From the human T2T-CHM13v2.0 reference genome, Homo sapiens: 64,000 nt of DNA. Numbering within the stretch: position 1 is the first letter of the stretch; each line of letters opens with the position of its first letter. A program made the translations under genes and the position numbers. Location: the NCBI RefSeq assembly GCF_009914755.1, contig NC_060940.1, one strand, 5' to 3'. Under the pieces are notes generated by a model. The model did no database searches. It was not told where the DNA came from and was given only the letters and a program-made list of their open reading frames with translations. Below, one piece after another: positions 16,681 through 41,594 of this stretch.

Positions 16681-17291
16681 AACAAATATAAGAAGCATGA
16701 ATACAGGATCTACACATCAGAAAAATTATAGAGGGACAGAATTTTTAAAAAATAACCAAAACTAGTCTCAATAAAGTATAATTATCAAGGACAAAAAGAA
16801 AATTTTACAACTTGAAAATAGGAAAAAATGAAGATTAATTCAAAACAAAAAAGGACATGAACTATGACTTTCTTCTCACTTTCTTCATTGATCATTACTT
16901 AAGCTTCTTTATTTCATCAAACTTTTCTTACACTGCTGTGCCCAGTTAATTCCATGACATTTTTTATTAATTGGTTTAAAGTTGCATTGTTCCAACTTAT
17001 TAGAGGCCCATTTTTAATTAATAATTTGCCTCTTAACTTCTCCATTGCAACATTAACAAAATGAAAATTATGAAATTACAAACAAAATGAAAATTATGAA
17101 AGCACTTTGCAAAAACATTTCATCTGTAACTGTTGTTTATGATACGTGAAAAATCCTTGAAGGGCAAAGACGGATTCTGAGTCTTATATACACTGCAATT
17201 GACTGCCCATCGTGGTGCTTAACCTGCAGGAAGAAATCAACAAACGGCCATTCATTATACAAAAAGAAGACAATCCACATAAATCGGAGAA

Positions 17292-18210
17292 CTATCTGAC
17301 CAGCTTAGGAAACTGTGGATTCCTTCCACAGCAGGCAGAGCCCAGCCTGGGTATCCTGGGATGGCGGCTCATGAGCACAAAGGGGCTGACCATGGGAAAA
17401 CAGGCAGTGATCAGTGCAGAGGTGTTCAACAGCCACCAACTGGGATTAGGAAAAAGAGACATATGTAAAGATGGAGGAGAGCGAGTAAAGTAACACAAGG
17501 TGCTCACCAGGACCAGGATGCTTTGGGTGACTCTGGACTCAGGGGAGGATCTGGCGGAGAGGTTGGTCCCATGAATGTGCTGGACCTGCTGCTTGTGCCT
17601 GTGCAGGATAAAAACCATGGAGCCACTGGCCAAGGTCATGAGCCCCAAACACAAAACATCAAGGGATGATAACAAGACAATATGTAATGAATGTGGAATT
17701 CTGCTCCTACTTCCTCCAGAACAATATCCATAATCATTTGTCTTTGTGCTATTTATGCTGTTCCACTTGCCAGTCACATGTAGAAGAACAGTAATATTTA
17801 CCAGCGTGTTCAGAATCCAGCACAGGACCAGGATAAAAGACCTGATGTATTTGTGAGCATGTAGCTTCAGCTCTGCCCACCTGAATTCACTGGGGCTGAT
17901 GGTGATGACCTGGAAGACACTCAGTGCACACAGCCCTGCCCACTCTGTGAACATAAAACACAAATTTGCATCCAATATCACTGAGGGAATCTTTCAACCC
18001 AAAAGCAGCCATTGTTTGTGGGATTCCTTTAGAGAGTATAACCAAGGAGTTGGCTATGGTCAGGTGCTTGAGAATCAGATCTGTGGACTGTAACATACCT
18101 CTGGTGAAACAAAGGAAACTATAGTGGTAGAGAAGAAAGAAATTCCCCAGGAATCCGACCATGATCTGAGATAATAAGATCATGCCTATTGCAAAATCCT
18201 TGGAGGCCAT
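17292..18210 (-). pseudogene. VN1R3: Vomeronasal 1 receptor 3, frameshifted allele
   Basis: MASKDFAIGM... ORF (18210-17887) overlaps a second-frame ORF ending ...GRNPQFPKLVR* (17292). One frameshift at ~17922-17924. Start-to-stop length is 919 nt, not a multiple of 3. Confidence 0.93.
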
Positions 18211-18996
18211 TTGTCATTTTTCAGTGACTGATAATTACATTCAAAGTGAGAGAACCCTGTGTGGAAACATAAAGTTTCACTTTTGCAAATAAAATCCACT
18301 ATTGTACACTTACCATTGTTTCCAACTTAGACATTTTCTTATTAGACCCTGTTTTTTAAATAAGAGTTTTGCTCTAAAAAGAAGAACATATGCATCCCCA
18401 TGAGAGGAGTACTATATTAGTGTTTTGCATGTAACTTTTACAATAATTCTGTGGTATAAGTGCTTTACTATTTCCATTTTACAGGTAAGAAGATCTTACA
18501 CAAGGAAGCTTAATGAATTTTCTAAAGTAACTGCTTTGTAAGAGGCAGAATCAAAATTGGACAATGTGTTTAATCACTGTGTGTCTCACCCTTGGACATA
18601 GTATTTTTTTAATGCTTCACACATTTCATGTTGTATATATTGTCACTTTCTTTAAACCTGGATGTAGTTTTTTCTTAATTTTTGATTGTGGCAATTTCTC
18701 ATTTAAATCTAAGTGCTTATTTCATGAGCAAATATCACCTATAATGATTCAGAAATCCAAGTAGAATATAGATGCACTGATTTAGTATAATCCTAAAAGA
18801 ATAATCATACAAGACCAAATGATATTTATTGAATGCTTAAATGATTTCATGTTGAAATTAAAAAAGAAGATTCTTTCTCATCTTAACCAAGAAGGATACA
18901 GAAATGACTGTTGCTAAGCAAGGGGTCAAGGGACATGAGTAGGAGATAAAACAGTGCAAAGGAGAAACAGGTTGTCATGAATTACAGATAAATTTA

Positions 18997-19508
<512 letters not shown>

Positions 19509-19957
19509 TCAGAAAACGACTGAAGTCCTTGATTTTTGTTCTAATATGAAAACCTAAGGTCATCAAGATACCTTTCCTTGACCGCTCCTCCCCTGACTTC
19601 ATGAAAGAATATGGTCTTTTCGTCATTCTCAGAGACCAGATGTTTCCTGTCACCACACATCACGGTCTCCATTAGGTACTTTATATGTCCAGAGTAGGTT
19701 AAAGCCCTATGTTTAATACTTTTGAGAAGAATAAGATAATTTAATCAGCTACATCTTATACATTATCACAGGCATGAAGGAATTGTAGAAATGCTTCCAT
19801 TCATCCTAGAAATCTTTCTGATTCTTGTGGAATTGATAGAACAGCTAGCGGATTAATTTCCAAATTATTCTAGGAAACTTTTTTAAAAAATGCATTCTTC
19901 CCACTTAACAGGTAAGGAGATCTTAGACAAGAAGGATCAACAAAAACAGATTTTGGG

Positions 19958-20258
19958 GGCCAGGCACGGTGGCTCAGGCCTGTAATCCCCACAATTTGGG
20001 AGGCCGAGGCTGGCGGATCACCTGAGATCAGGGCTTCAAGACCATCTTGACCAACATGGCGAAACCCCATCTCTACTAGAAATACAAAAAATTAGCCGGG
20101 CGTGGTGGCAGGCGCCTGTAATCCCAGCTATTCAGCAGTCTGAGGCAGGAGAATTGCTTGAACTTGGGAGGCAGAGGTTGCAGTGAGCTGAGACTGCAAC
20201 ATTGCATTCCAGCCTGGGTGACAGTGCAAGAATCCATCTTAAATTAAAAAAAAAAAAC
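19958..20258 (+). mobile_element. Alu (S-like)
   Basis: Full dimer; TSD aaaaacagatttt. Confidence 0.95.
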
Positions 20259-21161
20259 TTAAAAACAGATTTTTGGCTTCTTCCATCAAAAACCGACAAT
20301 GACAAGCATGAGGATTTTGTTAAGTGAGCTGCAGCTGGGGACTGGCTCATGCTCTTGGAACTTTGCTCCCTCTCCACAACTTAGCCCATGACCCAGCCGT
20401 TATTTCCTTTCCCCACATGGCCTTGACACTGGTCAGTTTCTGGCCCAGTGGAGTCCTCTTTCCACACCAGAGCATTTACCCCACCTCCTGACAACTTCCT
20501 AACCTTACAGGTGCTCTCTCACAGATCAAAATGTAACACACCCACCAGGCGCCTCCCTGCTGCTGGGCTGTGGAAACCAGTGACTGTCACGGCCAGGGAG
20601 TGTGTGGAGGGAGGCGGCCAGGTCTGAGATATGGGCTCGGGACCCTGCGACCTCACCTCCCCACCGCACTGCAATTATACTTTACCTGTGGCAGCAATGA
20701 CAGTACACACTTGGGGAATTGAAAATATTTTTGAAAACCTTTGTCCCAGTTACAATTACCAAAAACAATGACAACTTCCCTGCAGCACCTCCAGAGAGAT
20801 GGCAGTGCCTGGAGAGGCTCTGCTTTTCCATGATCCTTTGAGGCAGACAGGGGCTATCTTGGAGGAAGCAGAAAATGCGGAGTCGGAGACAGAAGGGGAT
20901 GACAATGAAGCGCGGTGGGTGCTGGATTCTGTGCCTCCTGGGATGTGTTTTTGCTGAAACTCTCATTTTCTGTTACTCCCCAAATTCTTTAAATGAACAA
21001 TCATTGAATTATAAATAGAGAAATGGGATCACACAAGTAACTTGAGAAGTATTTGTCAACAGTTTACAGTGCCAGGAAGAACGTGAGGTTCAATATTGAC
21101 CAAGAAAATAGAGACATCTGTGTAATTCAATGCAAGTTGATACACACATGTAGACTGCATA

Positions 21162-21164
<3 letters not shown>

Positions 21165-21196
<32 letters not shown>
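21165..21196. repeat. (TG)n microsatellite
   Basis: Read directly. Confidence 0.95.
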
Positions 21197-21199
<3 letters not shown>

Positions 21200-21826
21200 G
21201 AATATATGTTTTATCAAAATGTAACTCAATAGAGATAGACTCTAAACTGAGCAATATTCATAGAAGAAACAAAGACATTTAATAAGGAATTTCCTCACAC
21301 ACACACAAACACCAAGTTTATGTAGTTGAAAGGGAAATTCTACCGATAAAGTAATCCATAAACCAATGCTACTTAAACTTCTCAAGAGTTATAGTGTGGT
21401 CAATCTTTCCTGAAATACTTTTTAGGAAGGGTTTATAAAGGTGATACTCGAACCTTGCCTAGATTTAGCCATATGGAATACTATAGACAAATAGAACATG
21501 CAAATTTAAGAGTGAAAATATTAAATATTAGAAACCATTGCATCAGTATATTGATGCATAATCAATCACCCTTTATCTTATAAAGGGAAGTATGATTCAA
21601 TATTAAGAAATTCAATGATGAAATTAATCACATTAATTGAATGAGAATGTCATGTGACTATGTTCATCAATGCAAAAAAAATTGGCAGAATTCTACAGAA
21701 AATTGTGTTTAATTTAGTAAGAAATTGGTGGAAAGATTTCTGAAAAACATGAAAATAGATTTATACAAATGAAAAATAATGCCACCAAATGTTTGGGTAG
21801 GAGAATTCAACAGTATTGGGAAGTCA

Positions 21827-23782
<1,956 letters not shown>

Positions 23783-23843
<61 letters not shown>

Positions 23844-23948
23844 CACACACACACATATATATGTGTATATATACACACACACACATATATATGTGTATAT
23901 ATACACTCACACATATATATGTGTATGTATATATATTTATATATATAT
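23783..23948. repeat. Compound (TA)n(TG)n(CA)n microsatellite at Alu tail
   Basis: Read directly. Confidence 0.95.
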
Positions 23949-24015
23949 GGTGGTCAGGGCCAAATCACCACCCCATTAATATTGTGTTGGACACATTCAA
24001 AAGAGTGATATGCAG

Positions 24016-24913
<898 letters not shown>

Positions 24914-26429
24914 GTGCGGTGTTTTAATGTGCTTGAATCCCGCCACAATTAAAATCATTTGCTATGATTTAAGTGTATGATGCAAAAATAAGTGTCTACA
25001 AAACCTGCGTGGGAGTATACACAAAGATTCTTTAGGGGGATGGGACAAAGAATTTGAAGACAATTAGTTTAAAGGAAAGAATATCTGAAAGTCTAATCCC
25101 TAGCTGATGTTACTTTTCCTCCTGAAACATGCAATGGGGCTGCCCAGGGCTTTGTCTCCATTTGTTCCATTTTCCTGTAGGAAAATAAGACTTGGTTCTC
25201 ATCATAATTTTACCAGTCATGACCTACATGGGCACAAGGAAGTTCCAGAGGATGTTTTAGGCTCCAGGAGCCACTTACAGGATGTTTCTTTCCAAGGAAA
25301 ATGTTCATGTCATGAATTTTATTTCACTAACATAATTTGAACATACAGGTCTACCTTTAAATTATGGGCCAGATGACCCCAGTTTATCTACTGGGATATA
25401 CCTGTATTTGCTTAAAGGAGTGCAGTCTTCTGTCAGGGCAGATGTCCTTTCTACTGTGGAGAATTGCATTCTGAGACCCTATGAGTCTGAGCATGTCTGT
25501 AAGGGGCTGCTGCTGTCTATTATTAGGGCGGCCTCTTTAGCTTTGGCTCTATACCATGTGGCTTGAAGATTTTCCTTGAATTTGACCTGAGCCCCTGACC
25601 CCACCCACATTGCTGGGGAGGAGGGGCCCGTTCTGGACTCTGGCAGCTGTAACTCCTGACCCCCGGTCTTGCTTGCAGCGGAAAAGGAGAGGCAGAAGAG
25701 GGAGGTGCACACTCAGCCACTCTGGGCATCCTTCCTGGGTGGACTGGGCCCCCTGCAGGGCCTGCTCTCACCTACCCAGGAGCACAGCTGATCTCGGCTG
25801 GGTCTCCCTCAGCACACTCAGGATGTGTGGGGCAGGTGTCTGCGAGTCCCCGGGGAACTCAGGTTCCTGGCCAGTCTCACTGCCCCCTGCCCCAGCATTG
25901 AGACCCTCATGTGGCTGCAGATGTGGCTGGTAGTGCCAATCAAGGGAGCCTCTGTCTTCCCAAACTTAAATTTCCCCTCCCATAACCTATAACTTCAGCC
26001 CCCTCCATTTTCTGAGCTAAGCTCCAATTAGTGGAAACAAAGTCAAGTGGGAGTCAGGGGACAGGAAAGTGGCCCAGGGGTGGGGCAGAAGAGGGGGAAG
26101 GGACAAGTCTCTCTAGAATGGATCCAGAGCGAGCTCCTCCCTCCTGCAAGTAGCCACGCTGCCGAGACGCTGAACTTCAGATACGCAAGACCCCTGTCTC
26201 CTCCCCAGCCCTGGGACCCTCTGGTGGCTGCAAGTCCTGATTGCTGTGCCAGTCGCAGCAGGAACAGGCCCCCAAAATGTCACATCTCCAGGAAATAAGA
26301 CCAAGGTTCCACCTAACCAGTTCAGCACCTAACTCATTTCCACCTAACCAGTTTACCTCTCTCCCAAAGTATTGGCAGTGGAAACCATGGGCCAAACTAT
26401 GTAATGTGAAACCTACAACCTGCTTTTTG

Positions 26430-26830
26430 CCATGATTCTAACCTGGTACCACCATGAGCAAGTCAGGGTCCCACTTTGACTGATGGTGGTATTTGTGTCA
26501 TCATTTCCAATCAGATTTCTGGAGAAGACTCTTCTTTCACTGATGGTTGAGTTCTTCATTGTAGTCCTCTTGGTGGAAGAAACATGAGAGCTTTTGGCCT
26601 TCCTGGAAGTCCAAACAGTTACCACATCAGTTCTCTTTTCCTCCATCTGGCTCTGGCTAATTTATTCCTCAGCTGAAGCAGAGCCTGCCTCGATGAGGGA
26701 GTTCCTATTAAGTTTCTTAATTTAAGAGACATCACCAGTTGTGAATTCCTCTGTAAATCAGTGGTGCTTCATTTTTGTTACAGAATGAGTTTGTGATCCT
26801 GGTTTTCTACAATTCTTTAGAAAATGTGTT
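26430..26830 (-). mobile_element. Possible ancient CR1/L3 reverse-transcriptase fragment
   Basis: Minus-strand gatgtggtaactgtttggacttccaggaaggcc resembles DVVYLDFQKA, followed by a degraded GVPQG-like motif. Heavily decayed. Confidence 0.35.
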
Positions 26831-27045
26831 TTTGTAATCTCACAGTCAACCCTTCCTTCATTGACTCATCTAGCATGCTAAACGGGAATCAGTTTCCCCT
26901 GCTATTCTCAAGACACTGGGTTGAGAGAAAAGACTTCAGTTCTTCACTACGTCTCACTAATGTTACCCTGAAATTCATTATAGTCCAGGTAGTTGGATTA
27001 GTTCAAACTGTGCCAGGAAGTTTTGAGGAATCAACAAAATTAGAT

Positions 27046-27190
<145 letters not shown>

Positions 27191-27499
27191 TAGACGTGTT
27201 CTTGGCAGCATTGTCTTCTAAGGCATCTGAGGCAGCACCATCTCCTGTGAGTTTCCTGGCATGTACCAGAGGCCTTCATAAAACTTTTCCTTAATGAGCT
27301 TTGAAAGGGCATTGGAATCTTGATCTTTCCCATCTGGTAATGAATTATTTTTTAAGAAACATTAAGTGTAAGAAATAAATACCTACACACTGGCCATGCG
27401 GTTTGGCAACTTTGTGAGCCTCAGTTTCCAAGTGAGTAATATCCCTCTAATTAAAAGTTCTCACAACTTAAAGTGCTTGTTAATTGTCCATGTCATTAC

Positions 27500-28232
<733 letters not shown>

Positions 28233-28689
28233 CAGATATGGAAAGATGTTCACCCTCATTTACCATGAAAGTAATGGAAAAAACTAGATCATCTTTTTTT
28301 TTTCTTTTTTGCCAACTAGGTTAGCATTAATTAAACATTTTTTGTTAAAAAACAGTTAATAACCTTGAGCCAGTCCATGGAAAAAATGAGAAAGAAAAAA
28401 ATTCTTACTGGAGAAAGAAAAAAAATTAGCTCAAACACTTAAGGTGATAATTTGGAAATATACCTAACTATTTTACATGGACTTGTCCTCTGACCCAATA
28501 TACTAATGGCTAGGAATGTACAGTCCTGTATTTCCTAAAGTCTGCCAAACAACATGCACAGAATTTTTTTAAAGCAGCTTTATTGAGGTAAAATGGAATA
28601 CCAATAACCGCATATATTCAACTTGCAAAATGTGATGAAGTTGAATACCTCTTGAAGCCATCACCAGAATCAACAGCGTGACCTTCCCT

Positions 28690-29700
28690 GACCCCCAGCG
28701 GCGTCCTCAGGCTCCGGAATCGGAATCTCCTTAATTTGCACTGGGCTCTGGCGGTGTGCGGCCCTCCGGGGAAGCGCAGCCCGGGGCACGCAGCGAGGGA
28801 GGGCAGCGCGCTGGGGGCCCCGAGGGGCGGCGGTGGAGCAGCAGGTTCTGGGCGGGTCCCAGCCAGCGAGGCCCCGGGGGGCGTCCCAGGAGCCCGGCGG
28901 CGGCGGGCCGGACGTGTCTGTCGCCAGTTCCTCCTGCGGGAACTTGGGGGCGGCTGAGCGAGGGGTGGCTCCACGGGCGGCTGGTCCCAGGTGAGCTGCG
29001 GCCGGGGGTCCTGGGGCACCGGGGCTGTCCGGGGACGGGGCCTGGGCCTTGGGGACCCTTGGACCTCCGCGGGGACGCGCAGGGGACGCAGCCTGGGCCT
29101 GGCTGCTCCTGGGCTCCGGCCAGGGAGTCGCGGAGCGGGAACTCCCGAGAGGGGCGGGCCCTGGTGACAGCGTCCTGGCTGGGGGACTTTGGGGCAATGG
29201 GCTATGGGGGCGCCCTTGGGTGCCGCCCGGGACATGCTGGAGTTCCCACAGGTGAGTTAAAGGGCGCTCGGCGGCATCGAGGTGGGTGAATTGTACAGAA
29301 CACCCTAAATTGTCACATAACGTCACGTCTTCGCTCCTTTGCTCTCAAAAGGATACCCCCCGACTTTTGTTTTTCTTATTTAGGGGTGTGCTTCTGAAGT
29401 GGAAGAGTTTGCAGCTTTGCTTTGGCAAACCTTTTGAACCCGACCTTTCTAGTGGGTTTGAACTCACATCTAGGAACAGAAAACTAGGCCTAGGGAGGCC
29501 GCGCTTCCGTCCGGGAGCAGCGCCGCAGCCCCCACCTTGTCTTGGGAAGACAGCCTTTGTGCAGCCTTGGGAGCCCTGAAAGGCCACAGCCCGAGGACAG
29601 GACGGCAGCCCAGGAACGCGCTGTGAGTGGCTCCTGCGCTCAAATCCTGGGACTTCCCCTACCACTGCACTCGTGACGTCGTTGTATTTTACCAACTACA
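28690..29700 (+). promoter_or_regulatory. CpG island, candidate promoter/first exon(s)
   Basis: Very GC- and CpG-rich non-repeat DNA with GC boxes. Consensus donors CAG|GTGAGC (28991) and CAG|GTGAGT (29252). CRE-like acgtcacgtc (~29320) and gtgacgtc (~29673). Confidence 0.75.
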
Positions 29701-29966
29701 ATTTTGAAACTCTTGTTTTTGGACTTAAAAGGGTTTTTTTTTTTTAAATCAAACAAAAATATTCTTAAATAGATTTGATAAAAATCTTGTGATGGAAAAT
29801 GACATGATAATTCTCAACCCTAATGGACTTCTGGCTGTCTTTAGAAGAGGATGTGCGCACCTGAGTCCTTCCTGGCCAGGCTCACTAACCGCTCAGGACC
29901 GCGGGCAACCACGGGAAGGAAGTCATGCACCTGGCTCCTGGCTCCCTTTAGAAAAATGATACTGAG

Positions 29967-30651
<685 letters not shown>

Positions 30652-30936
30652 GAGGCTCGGATTTTAATTACAGAATTTCCATGGCTCGATGATGTCACAC
30701 AGGACTTACTTTTAAACCTTGTTGGGGAAAAAAATTAATACGACTTCTCCCTGCTCGTTCTGTGGAGTCCTATAAGTAAAACATAGCCTAGAAGGGCAGG
30801 TCCCCACTCTCAGTGTTTTGGCTCTAGAGTATGGATTGTTCCTACCAATGATAGCTACACAGACATTTGAAGGTTTTGCCTTCTCTTAGGTAAATTCAAG
30901 GACGATGATCTCTAAACGATCAGTGACATATTTCTA

Positions 30937-31226
30937 CTTTTTTTTTTTTTTTGACAGAGTCTTGCTCTGTCGCCCAGGCTGGAGTGCAGTGGCACGATCT
31001 TGGCTCACTACAACCTCCGTTTTCCAGGTTCAATTCTCCTGCGTCAGCCTCCCAAGAAGCTGGGATTACAGGCGCCTGCCACCACGCCCGGCTAATTTTT
31101 GTATTTTTAGTAGAGACAGGGTTTCACCATGTTGTCCATGCTGGTCTTGAACTCCCGACCTCAGGTGGTCTGCCGGCCTCAGCCTCCCAAAGTGCTAGGA
31201 TTACAGGTGTGAGCCACCACGCCTGG
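30937..31226 (-). mobile_element. Alu (S-like)
   Basis: Antisense dimer. Confidence 0.95.
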
Positions 31227-31646
31227 TCTACATTTTCTACTTCTTTAGTGGAACTTGATAGCTGTGGGAGCTCCAGGAGAGAATTCCATGTGATTATTTA
31301 TACTTCTCTTGTGTACCACAACAGCCTCTCTACTGGTACCCTGATGCTATCTTCATCTACAATCTGTTTCCTTACTGCAACCAGAGCATTGTTTTTTTTC
31401 TTAACATGGTATTTCCTCGTTTAGAACTGTTCAGCAGTTTTTGTTGATGATTAAATTCCAGCATACCCTGGCGTTAGAATAGCTTAACAGTTAGGAGTTG
31501 TGAGTGGGGGGCTCAGAAGTCAGAGCACCTGAGTAGATCCCATGTTCATTGAGCTCAATGAGAAGTCACGTTACTTCTCATCGTTTGCCTCTTCAGTTTG
31601 TCTAACTTAAAAAAAAAAAAAGGAAAATCACAAATTTCCCGATATA

Positions 31647-31977
31647 TTTCTTTTTCTTTTTCTTTTTCTTTTTTTTTTGAGATGCCCAGGCTGAAGTGCA
31701 GTGACGCTCGGTCGCCCAGGCTGGAGTGTAGTGGCACAATCTTAGCTTACTGCTGCAGCCTCTTCCTCAGGGGTTCCAGCAGTTCTCCTGCCTCAGCCTC
31801 CCGTGTTGCTGGGATTACAAGTGTCTGCCACCACGCTTACCTAATTTTTGTATTTTTAGTAGAGATGGGGTTTCACCATGTTGGTCAGGCTGGTCTTGAA
31901 CTCCTGACCGCAGGTGACCCACCCGTTTTGGTCTCCCAAAATGCTGGGATAACAGGCGTGAGCCAGCACGCCCAGCC
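31647..31977 (-). mobile_element. Alu (S-like)
   Basis: Antisense dimer with a short internal duplication of gcccaggctg..gtg. Confidence 0.92.
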
Positions 31978-32360
31978 ATCGATACACTTAATACAAGCTC
32001 CTTGTTCTGTTATTTTGATATGTTAAATATCCAGCAATAAATTTATAGGTTCATACATCTACAAAAATAAAATTAATCCTATTGCTGAAGACAAATTTTG
32101 TATTGCAGTTTTATGAGCTTTCATTCCCTCTTCACTTGAAGGTAAATGTTATTTAGTGGTATGAAGACATTTTACTTCTGTAAAAGGTATTAGAAACAAT
32201 ATAGCAGCAATAGAATTTATAACTACAAAACTTGTGTGCCCTTAAGATTGAAAATTCAAGCACATCTCTCCCAAAACATTTGTAAAGAATAATGTGTCAA
32301 CAAAAAATATACAGTCATTATAGTCAACTCAATTTATACACTAAAGTCTTTGTTTTGGGG

Positions 32361-32662
<302 letters not shown>

Positions 32663-33085
32663 TAATTTATATACTAAAGTCTTTTGTATTTTAATTTTGG
32701 GCAATAATTCCATTATGTGGCACTCCTTCTGCTTCTGTTTGTTTTGTTTTGATTATGGTATCAGCAAAAACTTTAAGTTGTAGGAGGGAAGAAAGTGTAA
32801 AAAACCAAAATATTCGTGAAAAATGTAATTAATTCTCATGAGTCCACAAACTCTGGAGGTTACAATTGAAGTTTTACATGGAAAACCCAATCAATACAGT
32901 AACTTGCAAGGTTGGGAGAGGGGATGCTTATGGACAGTTGGGCCTCTGACATCTGTAGAATCTTTATTTTGGTTCATCTACCTTCAGAAAACCTTTCACA
33001 AAAACATAACATTTGCTATAGAAAGACCAAGTAGTTTCTTCCCTCACACATACAAAAGTATGAAACTGAGGCTTATGGAACCTAG

Positions 33086-33404
<319 letters not shown>

Positions 33405-33954
33405 TGAAAATATTTGTTCCACAAATCAAACCACATCTAGGTAATCAGACTGCCAATAACTTAAAATCAGTACATTTGTTACTATAATGCGTTAATTGCT
33501 AAACATTATACCAAATTTTTGCTAATTTTGATCAGGCAAAATTGCACAGAAGTGTTATTCAAGATCATCTGCTCATCATGCACTCTGGCCTCTGGTCATT
33601 TCTACAATACAGTCTTGCTCAGGACATTGCTTACTGTGTTCCTGGGCCAACACCCTGGCAGCCCATACACATTCTCTGCTTCAACTAATCCTCATTTTCC
33701 CCAGGCTCAAATTCCATGGGCAAGGAGGGATACTTACAGATGTGACTATTCAAAGTCACTTTTATGCTAGGCAGAAAGTAACACGTATATGCCAGCTTCA
33801 CTTACATTCTGGCAAATTGTGAAGGATACCAAAATACTTTGCAAAGCACCATGCAGATGAGAGATATTAATACAAAATAAGTAGGAAAAAGTGAGCTCCT
33901 ACTCTCAGCCAAGACAAAACAAGGACCTAATTAACACTTCCTACCTAAAACATG

Positions 33955-34040
33955 AAAGGAAGGAAAGAAGGAAAGGAGGGAGGGAGGGAGGCAGGGAGGT
34001 GACAGGCAGGCAGGAAAGAAGGAAGGAAAAAAAGAAAATG
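33955..34040. repeat. Purine-rich (GGAA/GGGA)n tract
   Basis: Read directly. Confidence 0.85.
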
Positions 34041-34518
34041 AAACAAAGGTTTTTGTGACACTGGATATGAGGCAGTGAAGGAAAATAATCCTTCAAGATT
34101 GGAAACAAACAAGGTGACCTCTCCAATTGCCCCAGCTTACTGATCAGAGAAAGATCTAAGTTGGAATGAATGTAGGGTGGTGGAACCCAGACAGAGCTCA
34201 GGAAACTCCTTGAGTTGAGAAGATGGAACCGAGAGTTTGGAGAGAAGAAGGTGGTTAGAGTTTCAAGGAAAGAGTATTTGGAAAGGAAAGAGCTATACAG
34301 AAAGATAACTTCTTAATAAGAACCCTAATTTTTAACAACTAGACACATTGCCACCCAGCTAAACACTGTATTCTCTAATCTCTTTTTCAGCCAGGTGTGA
34401 CTGTGTTGCTGCTTTGGCCAGTGTAAGGAGATGTAAGGAAATGATGTATGTGGAAGTTAACAGAAAAGATGCACCTTTTTCCTGTGGGTTAGAATGCAGT
34501 GTGATTGTGCAAGTTTAA

Positions 34519-34837
<319 letters not shown>

Positions 34838-34864
34838 TGAAGCATATGTGCAAAGCCATAGCAT

Positions 34865-40028
<5,164 letters not shown>

Positions 40029-41287
40029 ACCCTCAACAAACTAGGCATCAAAGGGACATACCTCAAAATACTAACAACCATCTAACAAACTCACAGCAAA
40101 CATTATACTGAACAGGCAAAAGCTGGAAACATTCTCTGAGAACTGGAACAAGACAAGCTCACACTCACCACTCCTATTCAACACAGTACTGGAAGTCCTA
40201 GCCAGAGTAATCAGGGAAGAGAAAGAAATAAAAGGCATCCAAATAGGAACAGAGGAAGTCAAAATATCTCTTCACAGATGGTAGGATAGTATACCTAGAT
40301 AACCCCATAGTCTCATCTCCTAGATCTGATAAACAACTTCAGCAAAGCTTCAGGATACAAAATCAATGTACAAAAATCAGTAGCATTTCTATATAGCAAT
40401 AATCTCAATAGAACTGAAAAGAGAAATAAATAACAAAGCAATAATAATAGGGGACTTTAGTACCTTGTTTTCAACAAAGAGTAGAATATCTAAATATAAA
40501 ATCAATAAGGAAACTGAAGATTTGAACAACACTGTAGACAAATAGACCCAGTAAACATATGCGCAAATCCAATAGCAGCAGAATACACATTTTTCTGAAG
40601 TGCACACGGAAGATTCTCTAAGATAGATCATACATTAGGCTACAAAACCAGTCTTAGCAAATTTAAGAAGACTGAAATTATAATAAATATCTGTTCCTAC
40701 CACAAAGGTATGAAACTAGAAATGTGAAAATTAAGCAACACTTTCCTAAACAACCAAGGGTCAAAGGAGAAACCAAAAAAATATGTTGAGACAAATGAAG
40801 ATGGAAACACAACATACCAAAACTTAGGAGATGCACCAAAAGCAGTTCTAAGGAGAAAGTTAAAAAATAAAAAATAAACCTCTACATTAAGAAAAATGAT
40901 GGAATTGACCTCAGCAACATGGTGGAATAGGAGGCTCCTGACTAGCACTCCTCCCGTGGATGCACCAAATAAACATTTAGAGATGGATAAATTCTCTCTG
41001 AGAAAAAGTCAGAAACTAGTTGCGAGATACCTGCACAATGGGCAACTGAGAAAATGTCCACATTGAAACAGGTAGGAAAAGTGGAGACACACTTACACAC
41101 CACCCACTCCTGAGCACAAAGCCTTAAAGTGTAAAGGAAGGTCCAACTCCCAGCTTCTTCCTGAACAGTGAAGGGTTTGTGCATATAGTGCCCCAACATT
41201 TGAGGTTGCTACTTGAGGGTTTGGCTCTTGTATTACCTAGCTCAGGGAGCGGCAGGGACTTAGCACTCAAGAGTTTCCCTGGAGCAA

Positions 41288-41594
41288 CTGGGCGTGGTGG
41301 TTCATGCCTGTAATCCCAGCACTTTGCGGGGCTGAGGTGGGTGGATCACCTGAGGTTGGGAGTTCGAGACCAGCCTGGCCAACATGGTGAAACTCCATCT
41401 CTACTAAAAATATAAAAATTAGCCGGGCGTGGTGGCTCATACCTGTAGCCCCAGCTACTCAGGAGGCTGAGGCACGAGAATCGCTTGAACCCGGAGACAG
41501 AGGTTGCAGTGAGCAGAGATCACACCACTGCACTCCAGTCTGGGTGACAGAGGGAGACTCCATCTCAAACCAAAAAAAAAAAGAAAAAAAAAAA
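41288..41594 (+). mobile_element. Alu (S-like)
   Basis: TSD aaga(g/c)tttccctggagca. Confidence 0.95.

Noticed and set aside
17292-17981. 229-aa ORF as an independent intact receptor
   Set aside because: It is the out-of-frame C-terminal part of VN1R3 and lacks TM1-2.
28618-29326. Overlapping 177-218 aa Pro/Gly/Arg-rich ORFs
   Set aside because: Expected stop-codon scarcity in a CpG island; no recognisable domain.
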